Shown: positions 1 through 9,036, numbered from the stretch's first letter. The stretch is 24,534 nt of DNA from a virus (IMGVR_UViG_2548876935_000008); one strand, 5' to 3'. The notes: generated by a model from the sequence alone, not told the origin. Translations and numbers: made by a program.

Positions 1-159
1 GATACGGATTTTTCCTTTCGGCGGTAATCCGGAAAACTCAATATACACTTGCTCATCAACTTCAACAGCATCATCTGGCCATGAGTCAGCTTGCGTGTAA
101 TCCTCTTTCATCTCCAAGGGATAGAAAGAGTTTGTAGTCGCGGAATATATGTAATTCAT
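1..159 (-). CDS. Tail fibre assembly protein (P2 gpG-like chaperone), N-terminal part only; gene runs off the window start
   Basis: Minus-strand ATG at 159 (plus-strand 'cat' 157-159). Translation begins MNYIYSATTNSFYPLEMKEDYTQADSWPDDAVEVDEQVYIEFSGLPP..., resembling the conserved N-terminus of tail-fibre assembly proteins. Lies immediately downstream of the tail fibre gene, as in P2 (H then G). Confidence 0.55.
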   Translation of the reverse strand, partial: MNYIYSATTNSFYPLEMKEDYTQADSWPDDAVEVDEQVYIEFSGLPPKGKIRI

Positions 160-185
160 TTTTCACTCCATAAAGTTAAAAGAAA

Positions 186-1586
186 TTAACACCCTAATGC
201 GAAAAATGAAGCACCGATACCGGGTACGCCTGTTCTGGAAATAAATTTCACCGGGTCCTGGTTATAACCGGCACAAGCTATATAGCCAACATTTGCACTG
301 CCGGGAGTGTAATCCTGAGTCGCAAATACCCGCAGACATCTATTCGGAAATGCAATCGGAAAATAGGTTACTGTGTCCTGAGACGTCAGCGTAACATCAA
401 TTGGCCCCCATTGAATAATTAAACCGGATGGCAATTTTTGATATCCAGGAACTGAAGCAGAAAGCATAAAACTACCCATATCAGGTATCTGATTCGCCCC
501 TGTCCCTACATTTCTTTTAGCCGCTTCTCCCAAACCAAGGTATGTGAGAAGACCAGTTACATCCTTTCCACTCAAATTAGTCAGCGTATTGTCCAGCGGT
601 TGTTTACCTGCCAGTGCATTAAGCATTGTCGTGGCAAAGTTCGGGTCATTCCCCAGCGCCGCCGCCAGTTCGTTCAGTGTATCCAGTGCCGCAGGTGCAG
701 AACCCACCATTGCCGCAATCGCCGATTTCACAAATGCCGTGGTGGCAATTTGTGTATTGTTGACCGACTGTGCCGCAGTAGGTGCGGTTGGCGTTCCGGT
801 GAGTGCCGGACTCGACAGCGGCGCTTTCAGTGCCAGCGCATTGTTAATGGTGGTACTGAATTTCGGATCATTGTTAATGGCTGCGGCTATTTCTTTCAGC
901 GTGTCCAGCGTGGCTGGCGCACCATTAATAAGAGCCGTCAGAGCCGCCTGAACAAACTCGGTGGTCGCAATCTGCGTGGTGTTATTCCCTGCTGCTGGCG
1001 TTGGCGCTTTGGGTGTCCCGGTAAACGTCGGACTTTCTTTGGGTGCATACTGTGAATGCGGGTCCGGTGCGGCAAGATGTTTTGCCATCTGATCATCCGC
1101 GTACACCTTCAGCTCCAGTGCCTTGTCATCCACATACTTGCGGGTTGCCAGCACTACAGCAGGGTCGATTTTCAGGGTGATATTGTCCGTGCTGCTGGTA
1201 ATCAGCACCATGCGCACGGTCTGAGTGCGCCCGCTACCTTCAGCCAGTTGCGGCTTATAGCTTTCCGGGCAGTTGCCCACGGCAATCAATGCCCCGGACT
1301 CATCAAACAAGCCCACTTCACGTATCCACCAACCGCCCTCGTTTTCAGGGATCACCTGTTCGGCAATAATCTGACTGCTGTTCTGCGGGTCGATATAGAG
1401 CATATTCAGCGCAGCCCGGCGTTTCTCATTTACCAGTGCAGTCTGCTTTGAGTCTGGCGTTGGCAATACTCCGCCGCCATCGCCGACCGCCATATGGGTA
1501 ATTTTTAGCGGCACACCGAGCGCGGCGGCGCTGGCAAGTTTCGCCGCGCCAATATCCGTCAGCAGGGTATAAAATTTTGTGCTCAT
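186..1586 (-). CDS. Tail fibre protein (P2 gpH-like)
   Basis: 466 aa ORF. N-terminus [39 protein letters not shown] matches the conserved P2 H-type fibre N-terminal domain. Contains two copies of a roughly 60 aa repeat (NTQIATT.FV...LDTL.E.AAA..NDP.F), typical of fibre shafts. ATG overlaps the stop of the upstream gene. Confidence 0.85.
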   Translation of the reverse strand: MSTKFYTLLTDIGAAKLASAAALGVPLKITHMAVGDGGGVLPTPDSKQTALVNEKRRAALNMLYIDPQNSSQIIAEQVIPENEGGWWIREVGLFDESGALIAVGNCPESYKPQLAEGSGRTQTVRMVLITSSTDNITLKIDPAVVLATRKYVDDKALELKVYADDQMAKHLAAPDPHSQYAPKESPTFTGTPKAPTPAAGNNTTQIATTEFVQAALTALINGAPATLDTLKEIAAAINNDPKFSTTINNALALKAPLSSPALTGTPTAPTAAQSVNNTQIATTAFVKSAIAAMVGSAPAALDTLNELAAALGNDPNFATTMLNALAGKQPLDNTLTNLSGKDVTGLLTYLGLGEAAKRNVGTGANQIPDMGSFMLSASVPGYQKLPSGLIIQWGPIDVTLTSQDTVTYFPIAFPNRCLRVFATQDYTPGSANVGYIACAGYNQDPVKFISRTGVPGIGASFFALGC

Positions 1587-2188
1587 GGATTCACTCTCAT
1601 TGTGTCAATAACATGGACCGCCCCGCCTTCATGCGCGGTGCCGCCAGAAATAATTGTTTCGTTGATATACGGATAGATCGTGATTTCTTCGCCAAGATAG
1701 CTGGCGGCCCCCACCCAATGCGGACCGCTGGTCTGCAGATTGATGGACATGCCGATCATGTGACGGCTACATGGTTTGGCATCGCTTATCAGCCGCTCAA
1801 GTTCCAGATAGGTATCTTCAGTGATGCCCTGGTCCTGCACGCCGATATCCAGGCGAAACGTGCCCGGTGTTTCTCCGGTCTGCCACCACTCAATAATGCG
1901 GATCAGGAATCCGAACGGTTCCACCACCCGCCGCACGGCACTGGTAGTTCCTTTATGCTGATGAATATAAAAAGCATCCTTCACTACCTGGCGTTTGACG
2001 CTTTCTGTCCAGCCCTCGTCCCAGCGATCCACAGAGAACGCCCAGGCGAGATAAGGCAGGAAGCTGACCGGACAGGTAGCCGGATTCCACAAGTCACGCA
2101 GCGGCACCTGCAGATCAGAAATCCCGCTACAGGTTTGCGCCAGTCGGCGCTCCAGTGAAGTTGAACCCGGTGGCAGCAGACTATTCAT
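1583..2188 (-). CDS. Baseplate assembly protein (P2 gpI-like)
   Basis: 201 aa ORF in the P2 position between J and H; 4-nt overlaps with neighbouring genes (late-operon coupling). Sequence has the character of P2 tail protein I. Confidence 0.8.
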   Translation of the reverse strand: MNSLLPPGSTSLERRLAQTCSGISDLQVPLRDLWNPATCPVSFLPYLAWAFSVDRWDEGWTESVKRQVVKDAFYIHQHKGTTSAVRRVVEPFGFLIRIIEWWQTGETPGTFRLDIGVQDQGITEDTYLELERLISDAKPCSRHMIGMSINLQTSGPHWVGAASYLGEEITIYPYINETIISGGTAHEGGAVHVIDTMRVNP

Positions 2189-3089
2189 CCGTTCCTCCGT
2201 TGGTTACGCTCCACTGCGTACATGATGCCGCCTGTGTTTTGTTCAGGACCACATCCGCCAGCGGAGAAGCCAGTTCCACACGTTGAACACCCTCAACATG
2301 CAGAGCAGCAAAGATGGCGCTACGGCGAATATCCCGACCAAGCCTCGTCTGGCTGGCAATGTACTTCTGCAGACTGGCTTTTGCCGCTGCCATTACCGGC
2401 TCTGCTTCCGGTCCCGGATAGAGAAAAATGGTGGCTTCCACGCGATACGGGATGATTTCTGCGCTGCGAACCGTAAGACGGTCAGCCACCGGGCGGACGT
2501 TCTCACTGTTCAGAGCTTTTTCCACCACGTCCAGCAGGTCTTTTTCTGCAGTTCCATCGCCTTCGCGGCTAAGGACAGTCAGCACCACCTCTGCAGGTGC
2601 CGGGCTGGTTGCACTGGCATCCGCTACCCGACCGTCGGCGCTTCGGGCATGAAATTCATAAGCTGCAGTTGGCCCCGCAACAGAAAGCCCTTCAAAGGCT
2701 GCAGGCACACGCTGGCGTAACGCTTCATCGCTTTCCATCACAGCTGCAACGGGCGGCACAGCATCATTATCAGCAGGCGTCACCGTCAGGCGTGTCACGT
2801 TGTAGTTGGCAGCGAGCTGGTCAAGATCGCCGCCCATCGCGTAAGCCACCATCACCGCCTGCGCGGCTTCGTTAATGCGCTGGCGCAGAAGCAACTCACG
2901 GTAAGCGTTCTCCTGCAACAATTTAGTGACGGGTTCAGATTCCAGTTCCAGCGTGCGGATCACGGCTTCCTGCTCATCTTTCGGATGAAGCGCAACAAAT
3001 TGGGCCTTGCGTTCGGCAAGCAGCGTCTCAAAGTCCGGCACATCCACAATCTGCGGTGCAGGCAACTGCGAAAGGTCAATCACTGCCAT
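2181..3089 (-). CDS. Baseplate protein (P2 gpJ-like)
   Basis: ORF 2181..3128; start chosen at the internal ATG at 3089 (MAVIDLSQLPAPQIVDVPDFE...), which matches the P2 gpJ N-terminus and gives 302 aa, overlapping the stop of the W gene. Confidence 0.8.
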   Translation of the reverse strand: MAVIDLSQLPAPQIVDVPDFETLLAERKAQFVALHPKDEQEAVIRTLELESEPVTKLLQENAYRELLLRQRINEAAQAVMVAYAMGGDLDQLAANYNVTRLTVTPADNDAVPPVAAVMESDEALRQRVPAAFEGLSVAGPTAAYEFHARSADGRVADASATSPAPAEVVLTVLSREGDGTAEKDLLDVVEKALNSENVRPVADRLTVRSAEIIPYRVEATIFLYPGPEAEPVMAAAKASLQKYIASQTRLGRDIRRSAIFAALHVEGVQRVELASPLADVVLNKTQAASCTQWSVTNGGTDE

Positions 3090-3435
3090 TCTCTGCTCCT
3101 GTTGATACGGAAAGGGACACAGGCACACCGTTATTCCGCCGCCCGGTCAGCTCCACCACCATAGAACCGTCAAAGTTGCTGTTGATGGTGATGGAATCCA
3201 GCGTCAGCCGTGGCTCCCAGCGACTCAGCGCCACATACACTGCCGACATGACCTGCAGGCGTAATGCCGGATTTTGTGGCTGATCTATTAAAACCGACAG
3301 GAGGGAACCATATTCCCGGCGGGCAATGCGGCTACCCTGCGGTGTCAGCAGAATGTCCCGCACCGACTGGCGCAGATGATCAATATCAGTAATGACTTTG
3401 CCGCTGGTATTGTTCATCCCGCTATAAAGCGTCAT
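3076..3435 (-). CDS. Baseplate wedge protein (P2 gpW-like, GPW/gp25 family)
   Basis: 119 aa ORF in the P2 position between V and J; size and sequence character fit the gpW/gp25 family. Confidence 0.8.
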   Translation of the reverse strand: MTLYSGMNNTSGKVITDIDHLRQSVRDILLTPQGSRIARREYGSLLSVLIDQPQNPALRLQVMSAVYVALSRWEPRLTLDSITINSNFDGSMVVELTGRRNNGVPVSLSVSTGAENGSD

Positions 3436-4010
3436 ACCGGGCCTCCGGTTGTATCGCCGCCTTTCAGGACGCCAGTATGCTGATGCGCATCAACCACAAT
3501 CCCGTTAGAGCTCATCGCTCCGCCGCCCTGGGTAACGCCACCATTGATCACCACTTCGCTGTTAATACGCGTGCGGTCAGCCTCCAGCACAAACTCACTG
3601 GTTTTCAGGGTGATATTGTCAGCGGCCTCAATGACCATTGATTTGATGCCCCTGACATACCAGCGCCCGGTGGCGGGTTCGTATTCAAACCAGCCGCCGT
3701 CCGGGTATTCCGTCACGTTGCCGTCCTCAGAGCCTGAAGGTGGCGGAAACTGGTTTGAGTAGACCGCAGGCAGGGCAAACGCGGTTTCCAGATTGCCGCC
3801 AAGGCTGAACAGCACAACCTGCTCACCCACAGACGGTTTCCACCAGGTGCGCGATTTGCCCGCGCGCAGTGTCAGCCAGTTAATCCAGTTGGTTTCGAGG
3901 TCGCCCGTTTTCACCCGACACAGCCAGTTTGCCCTGTCCACTTCGGTGACTACACCTGTGCGGATCAGGTTGGTGATAAGGCGCATGATTTCGGTTAATT
4001 GTGCGTTCAT
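3432..4010 (-). CDS. Baseplate spike / central hub protein (P2 gpV-like)
   Basis: 192 aa; N-terminus MNAQLTEIMRLITNLIRTGVVTEVD resembles P2 gpV (MN...IRTG...), followed by W..W.....G.SRTWW.PSVGEQV. Confidence 0.85.
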   Translation of the reverse strand: MNAQLTEIMRLITNLIRTGVVTEVDRANWLCRVKTGDLETNWINWLTLRAGKSRTWWKPSVGEQVVLFSLGGNLETAFALPAVYSNQFPPPSGSEDGNVTEYPDGGWFEYEPATGRWYVRGIKSMVIEAADNITLKTSEFVLEADRTRINSEVVINGGVTQGGGAMSSNGIVVDAHQHTGVLKGGDTTGGPV

Positions 4011-4056
4011 AGGGAAAGGTTGCCATCAGGGGAAGAAAGGCGGCAGTGCTGCAACT

Positions 4057-4074
4057 TGTATCAGTGCTGATACA
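4057..4074. promoter_or_regulatory. TGT-N12-ACA dyad (candidate Ogr/Delta-type late-activator site) in the S-V intergenic gap
   Basis: Seen directly: TGTatcagtgctgatACA, part of a perfect 9-bp inverted repeat TTGTATCAG-tg-CTGATACAA (4056..4075). Centre lies about 55 bp upstream of the V start codon at 4010. P2 late promoters are known to carry a TGT-N12-ACA element. Confidence 0.35.
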
Positions 4075-4078
4075 AAGA

Positions 4079-4525
4079 TCACCCCGCCAGCCATTGCAGA
4101 ATCATGTCGCGGGTCATTGCCTCAACATCATCATTTACACCCAGAAGGCGACGCTCTGCGTAACGGACCTCAGGTCCTTTGCGACTGACGCGATCGCGCA
4201 AGCCGTAATGGTGAACACGGGCAATGCGCTGCACCTTACCTTCAAACTGCACGCTGGCAGAGTCGGCGCTGGCGGCAGTTTTCAGGTATTTTGTGGTGCG
4301 AATTTTTGTAAACATCTGCCGTTTGATACGGCCTTTTTTACTGCGTGCTGTTACTCGCCTCGGTTCATAGCTGCTGCCATCAGGATTGCGTTGCATCCTG
4401 ATGTTCTGCTGCTGTGTCCGGCGCAGTTCCTGCGCCAGCTGGCGCATCATGCGGCTTCTGGCGGCTGGTTCCAGATTCGCCAGCAAGGCACTCAGCCAGT
4501 CGTCCACTTTCTGCAGTTCAGCCAC
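4079..4525 (-). CDS. Tail completion protein (P2 gpS-like)
   Basis: 148 aa ORF in the P2 position after R and before V; overlaps the R stop. Confidence 0.75.
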   Translation of the reverse strand: MAELQKVDDWLSALLANLEPAARSRMMRQLAQELRRTQQQNIRMQRNPDGSSYEPRRVTARSKKGRIKRQMFTKIRTTKYLKTAASADSASVQFEGKVQRIARVHHYGLRDRVSRKGPEVRYAERRLLGVNDDVEAMTRDMILQWLAG

Positions 4526-4970
4526 GTTTCACCGTCCACATTTCTTCAGGTTCATCAGGTTCCGCTATAGCTTCAACACTCGACACACTACCGTCAGTGC
4601 TGACCAGCACACGCTCCGTCAGTTGCAGGTTCAGGCTGATATCACAGACATCGTTGCGCAGAATATCCACCTCAAAGGTGAATAGTTTTTCCCGTAACGC
4701 CGGGTTATTGATGGCATCGGGCTGGTTATCCCTCAGCCACAGCAAAACCGGGGCCATCAGCAGATTCTGGTCGCCGCTGAAATCCTCAATCACCGCGTTC
4801 AGGGTGTAACGGTACTCCCACGACATGGAGCTGGCCCCCGTGGCAACCAGCGAACCGTTATCCACAAACAGATGCAGTTTGTCTGGGTTATTGCGGACAT
4901 AAGGCACCGCTTTATTGAGGGCGTGGCGCAGGGATTGTGGTTTGTTCACTGTTTCGCTCCTGACACGCAA
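4518..4970 (-). CDS. Tail completion protein (P2 gpR-like)
   Basis: 150 aa; ...KPQSLRHALNKAV...LHLFVDNGS... resembles the P2 gpR N-terminus (MLKPDSLRRAL...). The true start may be slightly downstream of the first ATG. Confidence 0.7.
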   Translation of the reverse strand: MRVRSETVNKPQSLRHALNKAVPYVRNNPDKLHLFVDNGSLVATGASSMSWEYRYTLNAVIEDFSGDQNLLMAPVLLWLRDNQPDAINNPALREKLFTFEVDILRNDVCDISLNLQLTERVLVSTDGSVSSVEAIAEPDEPEEMWTVKRG

Positions 4971-5202
4971 TAATCATGTCCACTTTGTCTGCACAGACCG
5001 CCCAGGCGGCCTCCGTTTCATCCAGCAACGCGTTCAGGTCACCGTTAGTGCGCGGCGCTGCCTGCCCCAGCCGACACGGCGTCACTCGCGGACAACCACT
5101 GACGGTAAGCTGCACCTCCGGTGAGTGTGGGGCGTTCCCGCAGCCGGATAATGTCAGCAGGCAAAGGAGTATCAGTCCAGCGGCGTAAATCCTCGTTCTC
5201 AC
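4912..5202 (-). CDS. Outer-membrane spanin lipoprotein (LysC / Rz1-like o-spanin)
   Basis: 96 aa; N-terminal signal peptide with lipobox (MRTRIYAAGLILLCLLTLSGC). Starts inside the 3' part of the i-spanin gene in another frame, the classic overlapped spanin arrangement. Confidence 0.65.
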   Translation of the reverse strand: MRTRIYAAGLILLCLLTLSGCGNAPHSPEVQLTVSGCPRVTPCRLGQAAPRTNGDLNALLDETEAAWAVCADKVDMIIACQERNSEQTTIPAPRPQ

Positions 5203-5473
5203 GTTTCAGTTCCTCAATCCGGTGTTGTCGTTGTCTCAGCAGTACACTGGTCTGTTCTGCTTCGGCATAGAGCCGCGCCTGCTCCCGGTTATTGGTTTCA
5301 GTCAGAATGGACAGGCTGATAAGCTGGCTGTTGCTCTTTGCCAGTGCCTGGCTTTTGCTCCGAAGCTCGTCTGCCTGCGTGCTGATGGTCTGGCTGGCAT
5401 CAGCCAGCCGCCACGTCTGCCAGCCCAGCGCCGCCAGTAATAACGCCAGCACAACCAGCAGCAACCGGTTCAT
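5045..5473 (-). CDS. Inner-membrane spanin (LysB / Rz-like i-spanin)
   Basis: 142 aa; N-terminal transmembrane segment (MNRLLLVVLALLLAALGW), then a charged, coiled-coil-like periplasmic region. Position after lysA as in P2. Confidence 0.7.
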   Translation of the reverse strand: MNRLLLVVLALLLAALGWQTWRLADASQTISTQADELRSKSQALAKSNSQLISLSILTETNNREQARLYAEAEQTSVLLRQRQHRIEELKRENEDLRRWTDTPLPADIIRLRERPTLTGGAAYRQWLSASDAVSAGAGSAAH

Positions 5474-5847
5474 GCTGCTACCTGTTGCGCAATCTGATTA
5501 CGGATCATCCAGAAGGCAATAACGGTCAGCAGATAAAAGACCAGGGTAATAGCCCACCCCGTCCAGGCGAAACTTACGACAATCAGCAATCGCATCACCC
5601 AGCTGATAAATACGTTTTCTTTTCGGGTAATGGTCTTTAGCAAAGATGCCCTCAACTCCTGCCAGAGCGGGCCGTTCTTAATTAACGCAGCCAGTGCTAC
5701 CGGAATTACCGCCCATGTCAGCAGACAGGCTACCCAGACACCGGACGCTGCCAGTACCGGAAAAATCCCCTGCGGATACACCATTGCTGCGATCAACAGC
5801 GCCATCCATAACATCAGAAACAGCCCGCTGATTACTTTCTTTTTCAT
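5470..5847 (-). CDS. LysA-like membrane protein (lysis timing modulator)
   Basis: ORF 5470..5919; start chosen at ATG 5847 (MKKKVISGLFLMLWMALLIAAMV...), preceded by GGAG and 1 nt after the endolysin stop. Several hydrophobic helices. P2 position between the endolysin and lysB. Confidence 0.6.
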   Translation of the reverse strand: MKKKVISGLFLMLWMALLIAAMVYPQGIFPVLAASGVWVACLLTWAVIPVALAALIKNGPLWQELRASLLKTITRKENVFISWVMRLLIVVSFAWTGWAITLVFYLLTVIAFWMIRNQIAQQVAA

Positions 5848-5848
5848 T

Positions 5849-6361
5849 TCAGTTTGCTCCCTGTAAGCACCAGGCCATCTCCCGCGCACGGCGGTTATCC
5901 AGCCCCTGATTAAAAACACCTTTCACATAAACCCAGCGCGGCAACTGTCGGCACGCATCCGCCCAGCGCCGCTGATTGAGTAATTTCACCAGTGTGGAAC
6001 TGCAGGCATTGCCCGTTCCCACGTTGAAGGCAAACGACACCGCAGCGTCATACACCTTCTGCGGCGGCTGTTGCTTCACACACCTTTCCAGCGCCCGCTC
6101 CACACGCAGCACGTTGGAGATCAGCCCTTCTGCTGCCTGTCGCTCCGTAATGGTTTTGCCGGGAATGACGCCCGACGTATTACCAATGCCGTCGGTCCAG
6201 ACACCCGCGCTGCACTGATACGGCTGCAGACGACAGCCTTCGTAATCAGCAATCAGTTTCAGCCCCTCCACGGAGGTGTGAAGCTGCTGAAAACCCGGCA
6301 GCGTGGCAGCAATAGCCAGCACGGCCCCGACAAGGCAGCGTTTAACGATTGATGGATTCAT
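5849..6361 (-). CDS. Endolysin, T4-lysozyme-like (GH24) with a probable N-terminal SAR (signal-anchor-release) domain
   Basis: 170 aa; weakly hydrophobic Gly/Ala-rich N-terminus (VKRCLVGAVLAIAATLPGF), then a lysozyme core with E...D/C...T spacing (EGLKLIADYEGCRLQPYQCSAGVWTDGIGNT) and ...FAFNVGTGN..., resembling P21 R-type SAR endolysins. Confidence 0.8.
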   Translation of the reverse strand: MNPSIVKRCLVGAVLAIAATLPGFQQLHTSVEGLKLIADYEGCRLQPYQCSAGVWTDGIGNTSGVIPGKTITERQAAEGLISNVLRVERALERCVKQQPPQKVYDAAVSFAFNVGTGNACSSTLVKLLNQRRWADACRQLPRWVYVKGVFNQGLDNRRAREMAWCLQGAN

Positions 6362-6557
6362 AGTCCTCCCGCGAGATCTGCCCGTCGCGCAGAAGCTGGT
6401 AGGCTTTGTGTTTGTAGTACCAGTTGATAGCCAGCATCAGTACACCAATCATCAGGCCGCCCAGCGTTGAGGCATCCTTGATGGACAAATCGCCCAGCCA
6501 GGCCAGCACGACGGCGATGCAATACGTGATAAAGGCGCTGATTCGCTCAAGCGTCAT
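6342..6557 (-). CDS. Holin, class II (two transmembrane helices; possibly a pinholin)
   Basis: 71 aa with two hydrophobic helices (ISAFITYCIAVVLAWL and LGGLMIGVLMLAINWY) and a charged C-terminus. Overlaps the endolysin start by 20 nt. Pinholin call is an inference from pairing with the SAR endolysin. Confidence 0.65.
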   Translation of the reverse strand: MTLERISAFITYCIAVVLAWLGDLSIKDASTLGGLMIGVLMLAINWYYKHKAYQLLRDGQISREDYESINR

Positions 6558-6560
6558 AAT

Positions 6561-6764
6561 TCAGTCCCATAGCTGGACGGTCTGCACGGTGGTGGTTGTC
6601 GGAATGTCCGGCAGCTCCACCTGCAGCCCGTGAGGTAAAAAGGGGCCGTATTCGGCAAGCCCCGGATTTGCCTTCAGTACCTGCTCCGTGACACCCTGCG
6701 TGCGCCCGTAATGACGCCAGCAAAGCGCGTCCACCGTGTCATACTGATGCGCACGCACTTTCAT
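6561..6764 (-). CDS. Tail protein X (P2 gpX-like)
   Basis: 67 aa; MKVRAHQYDTVDALCWRHYGRTQGVTEQVLKANPGLAEYGPFLPHGLQVELPDIPT closely resembles P2 gpX (same length and motifs YGRT.GV.E.VL.ANPGLAE.G..LPHG..VELPD). Confidence 0.8.
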   Translation of the reverse strand: MKVRAHQYDTVDALCWRHYGRTQGVTEQVLKANPGLAEYGPFLPHGLQVELPDIPTTTTVQTVQLWD

Positions 6765-7228
6765 CAGATAAGCTCCACTGTGCAGTGCGGCGCATCCTGT
6801 ACCCGGCTGATGGCCCAGCGGGCGTCACGCCACAAATCACCGCTTGCTTCCGCCAGATCCTCGCCCCGCTTCACACCGGATGCCGTGGCGTCATAGTCCT
6901 GATAACGCTCGTTGAGCATGGCGCGTGCCCAGCAGTAAACCGCGTTGAAATAGTGATGAATGCGCTCACTTTTGCCGTCCAGCTGTTCCGCCGGAACCTC
7001 TGCCAGCGAGGCATATCCCAGCATCTGCTGACGTCTGCGAAACTCATACAGCTCTGCGTTGACCTCCGAAATTGCCGACAGCGCAACCTGCTTTAAACGC
7101 GGCTGCGTCACCGTGCCGTCAGTGCGCATGACACAGCGAAACTCCGACAGGTCCACATCAGGCCAGAACGGCGTATTTCTGATGATTTCCGCCTGTTCCG
7201 GTGCCTGTTCTGGCGCAACAAACTTCAT
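6764..7228 (-). CDS. Head completion / stabilisation protein (P2 gpL-like)
   Basis: ORF 6764..7291; start chosen at ATG 7228 (MKFVAPEQ...), preceded by AGGAGA. Position between M and X as in P2. Confidence 0.7.
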   Translation of the reverse strand: MKFVAPEQAPEQAEIIRNTPFWPDVDLSEFRCVMRTDGTVTQPRLKQVALSAISEVNAELYEFRRRQQMLGYASLAEVPAEQLDGKSERIHHYFNAVYCWARAMLNERYQDYDATASGVKRGEDLAEASGDLWRDARWAISRVQDAPHCTVELI

Positions 7229-7323
7229 GCTGCTGTCTCCTGAAATAGAGGGCGGTGGACGGGGTTTTGATGTGGCAGTGCCTTTCGCCACCCCGTGCCG
7301 CCCGTGCGCGGGGGCACGTTCTG

Positions 7324-7974
7324 TCAGCGGCTGTCATTGCGCAGTCTGCGCTCCAGCTGCTGTTTGTCTTTTTTCACGCCACAGCGGGGATCGAGCTGTA
7401 ACGCATGGTTGAGATGATTAAGGGCGGAAGCCGGATTGCTTTCACTCAGGACAGCGCCAATCGCTTTATGCAGACGCGCCCGTGACTGGTCCGGCATATC
7501 CAGACCGTCTGTCAGCTCCAGCGTCTGCAGCAACAGATCGGCATCAAAGCCGGTGGCAGCAAGCATTGCGCTCTGCGCCGCGTCTGCCATTTCCTCTGCC
7601 AGCACGGTCTGCACGTTGCGGTTACCCAGCGGCATCACCCAGCCATGACGCAGGGCATGACGCCCGATCTCCAGCGCTCCGGCATAATCTCCGGCATCAA
7701 TGCGCCACAGCATCACGTACATCAGCACGTCATCCTGTTGAGCGCCTCCGGCAGCCAAGACACCCTCTGCCCAGGCGGCGTACTTCGGCAGCAGCTCCAC
7801 CTTGATTTCCGCTTTTTTGACCGTGGACTGAACGCCCTTGAGACGGCGGCGGTCTTCCGCCAGTTGCAGCAGCATCAGGTCATAGCCCGATGCGTGGCGA
7901 ACACTGCCGCCCTCGCGGGCGGCCTGTTCAGCCTGAACGCGCAGGCGATGCTGCCGTGCGGGACTCAGGCTCAT
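7324..7974 (-). CDS. Terminase small (endonuclease) subunit (P2 gpM-like)
   Basis: 216 aa ORF between capsid gene N and L, as in P2; sequence character consistent with gpM. Confidence 0.75.
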   Translation of the reverse strand: MSLSPARQHRLRVQAEQAAREGGSVRHASGYDLMLLQLAEDRRRLKGVQSTVKKAEIKVELLPKYAAWAEGVLAAGGAQQDDVLMYVMLWRIDAGDYAGALEIGRHALRHGWVMPLGNRNVQTVLAEEMADAAQSAMLAATGFDADLLLQTLELTDGLDMPDQSRARLHKAIGAVLSESNPASALNHLNHALQLDPRCGVKKDKQQLERRLRNDSR

Positions 7975-7977
7975 GGA

Positions 7978-9036
7978 TTACGCTCCGGTTTCGGCTGCGG
8001 CGGCGCTGAAATCACCAATCTGGATGTTTTCCACCAGTGCGGCGCAGCGGTAGTCCTCAACCACATAGGCTTCATTAACGGATTCAAAGTTTTCAATCCG
8101 GTCACGTTTCGGGTTGTCGATAACTGAACGGCGGCGGGTGTCTTCCTGCCAGTAGATGGACAGGTTATCCAGACGGGTGATCAGCAGTGCATTCGGCGGG
8201 AAGAACGGCGCACGCACGGCCTGCAGGCCACCCATGCGTTTCTGACTGATGATCATATCGGCAGCCAGTTTTTCACTGTTTTCCTGCTCTTTGTTGACCA
8301 GTGGGAAATACTTGTCAGACAACAGTTCACGACCGCAAATCACCACCAGATCGTCATCGTCCTGGTAGACCACGTCGATAAGCTCATTGACGGCATCCAT
8401 CACCACGGCGTCCAGGTTGGCATATTCGCCACCTTTCCCGACTTTCACCGCACCCGGTGTGGTTTCACCGCCCGTGGTGGTGCTGCCCATGACGTGATCC
8501 GGTGCATCCTCACGGATTTTCTGCAGCCAGCCTTTATTCACATCCTGCAGCAGCGGGTTTTCGCTACGGTTTGAGGTTTTCGCACGCTTCACGCCGTTAA
8601 AGCCGATCATGATGCGGTCCAGTGCCTGACGTTTCACGATCGCGTCACGAATACGCACCTGGAAATCCTGAAACTTCGCCCACAGGTCCAGCTTCGCGTA
8701 GGTCAGCACCGTGTCAAAGTTGGTCTGCTCGCATTTGTATTCCACATCGACCATCAGCGTCGGATCGACAGGCTCACGCTCTTTTGCGGTGGTATCAGTG
8801 GTTCCGGCAATGGTGCTGCCAACACCCAGCCCCAGCAGCTGACCAGACTGCTCGGTCACTGGCGTGACGTTAATCAGCGTCAGGAAAGCGGCGGATTGCT
8901 GGATCTGGTCTTCCAGCGTCTGCTGCACAGACGGCTCCACGGTGAACTTGCTGGACAGTTCTTCAACTGCCACACCGTTCAGACGCGCCAGCTGCTGCAG
9001 GTAAGCGTTAAAAGCAAAGCGGGTATTCTTCTTCAT
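7978..9036 (-). CDS. Major capsid protein (P2 gpN-like)
   Basis: 352 aa; N-terminus MKKNTRFAFNAYLQQLARLNGV and length match the P2 gpN family. Confidence 0.9.
   Translation of the reverse strand: MKKNTRFAFNAYLQQLARLNGVAVEELSSKFTVEPSVQQTLEDQIQQSAAFLTLINVTPVTEQSGQLLGLGVGSTIAGTTDTTAKEREPVDPTLMVDVEYKCEQTNFDTVLTYAKLDLWAKFQDFQVRIRDAIVKRQALDRIMIGFNGVKRAKTSNRSENPLLQDVNKGWLQKIREDAPDHVMGSTTTGGETTPGAVKVGKGGEYANLDAVVMDAVNELIDVVYQDDDDLVVICGRELLSDKYFPLVNKEQENSEKLAADMIISQKRMGGLQAVRAPFFPPNALLITRLDNLSIYWQEDTRRRSVIDNPKRDRIENFESVNEAYVVEDYRCAALVENIQIGDFSAAAAETGA

Noticed and set aside
544-1451. Several plus-strand ORFs (135, 151 and 131 aa) within the tail fibre gene
   Set aside because: All lie antisense to the H fibre gene, in a region of repeated Ala/Ser/Thr codons that naturally yields long open reverse frames.
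3090-3128. N-terminal extension of gpJ (MCLCPFPYQQEQR...) and similar extensions of gpL, LysA, integrase and the DinI-like gene in the ORF track
   Set aside because: Internal ATG codons give N-termini that match the phage families, carry Shine-Dalgarno sequences and restore the usual stop/start coupling with upstream genes; the upstream extensions overlap neighbouring genes.
4056-4075. The S-V inverted repeat as a rho-independent terminator for the O operon
   Set aside because: No U-tract follows the hairpin on the transcribed (minus) strand, and V must be expressed from here or by read-through.
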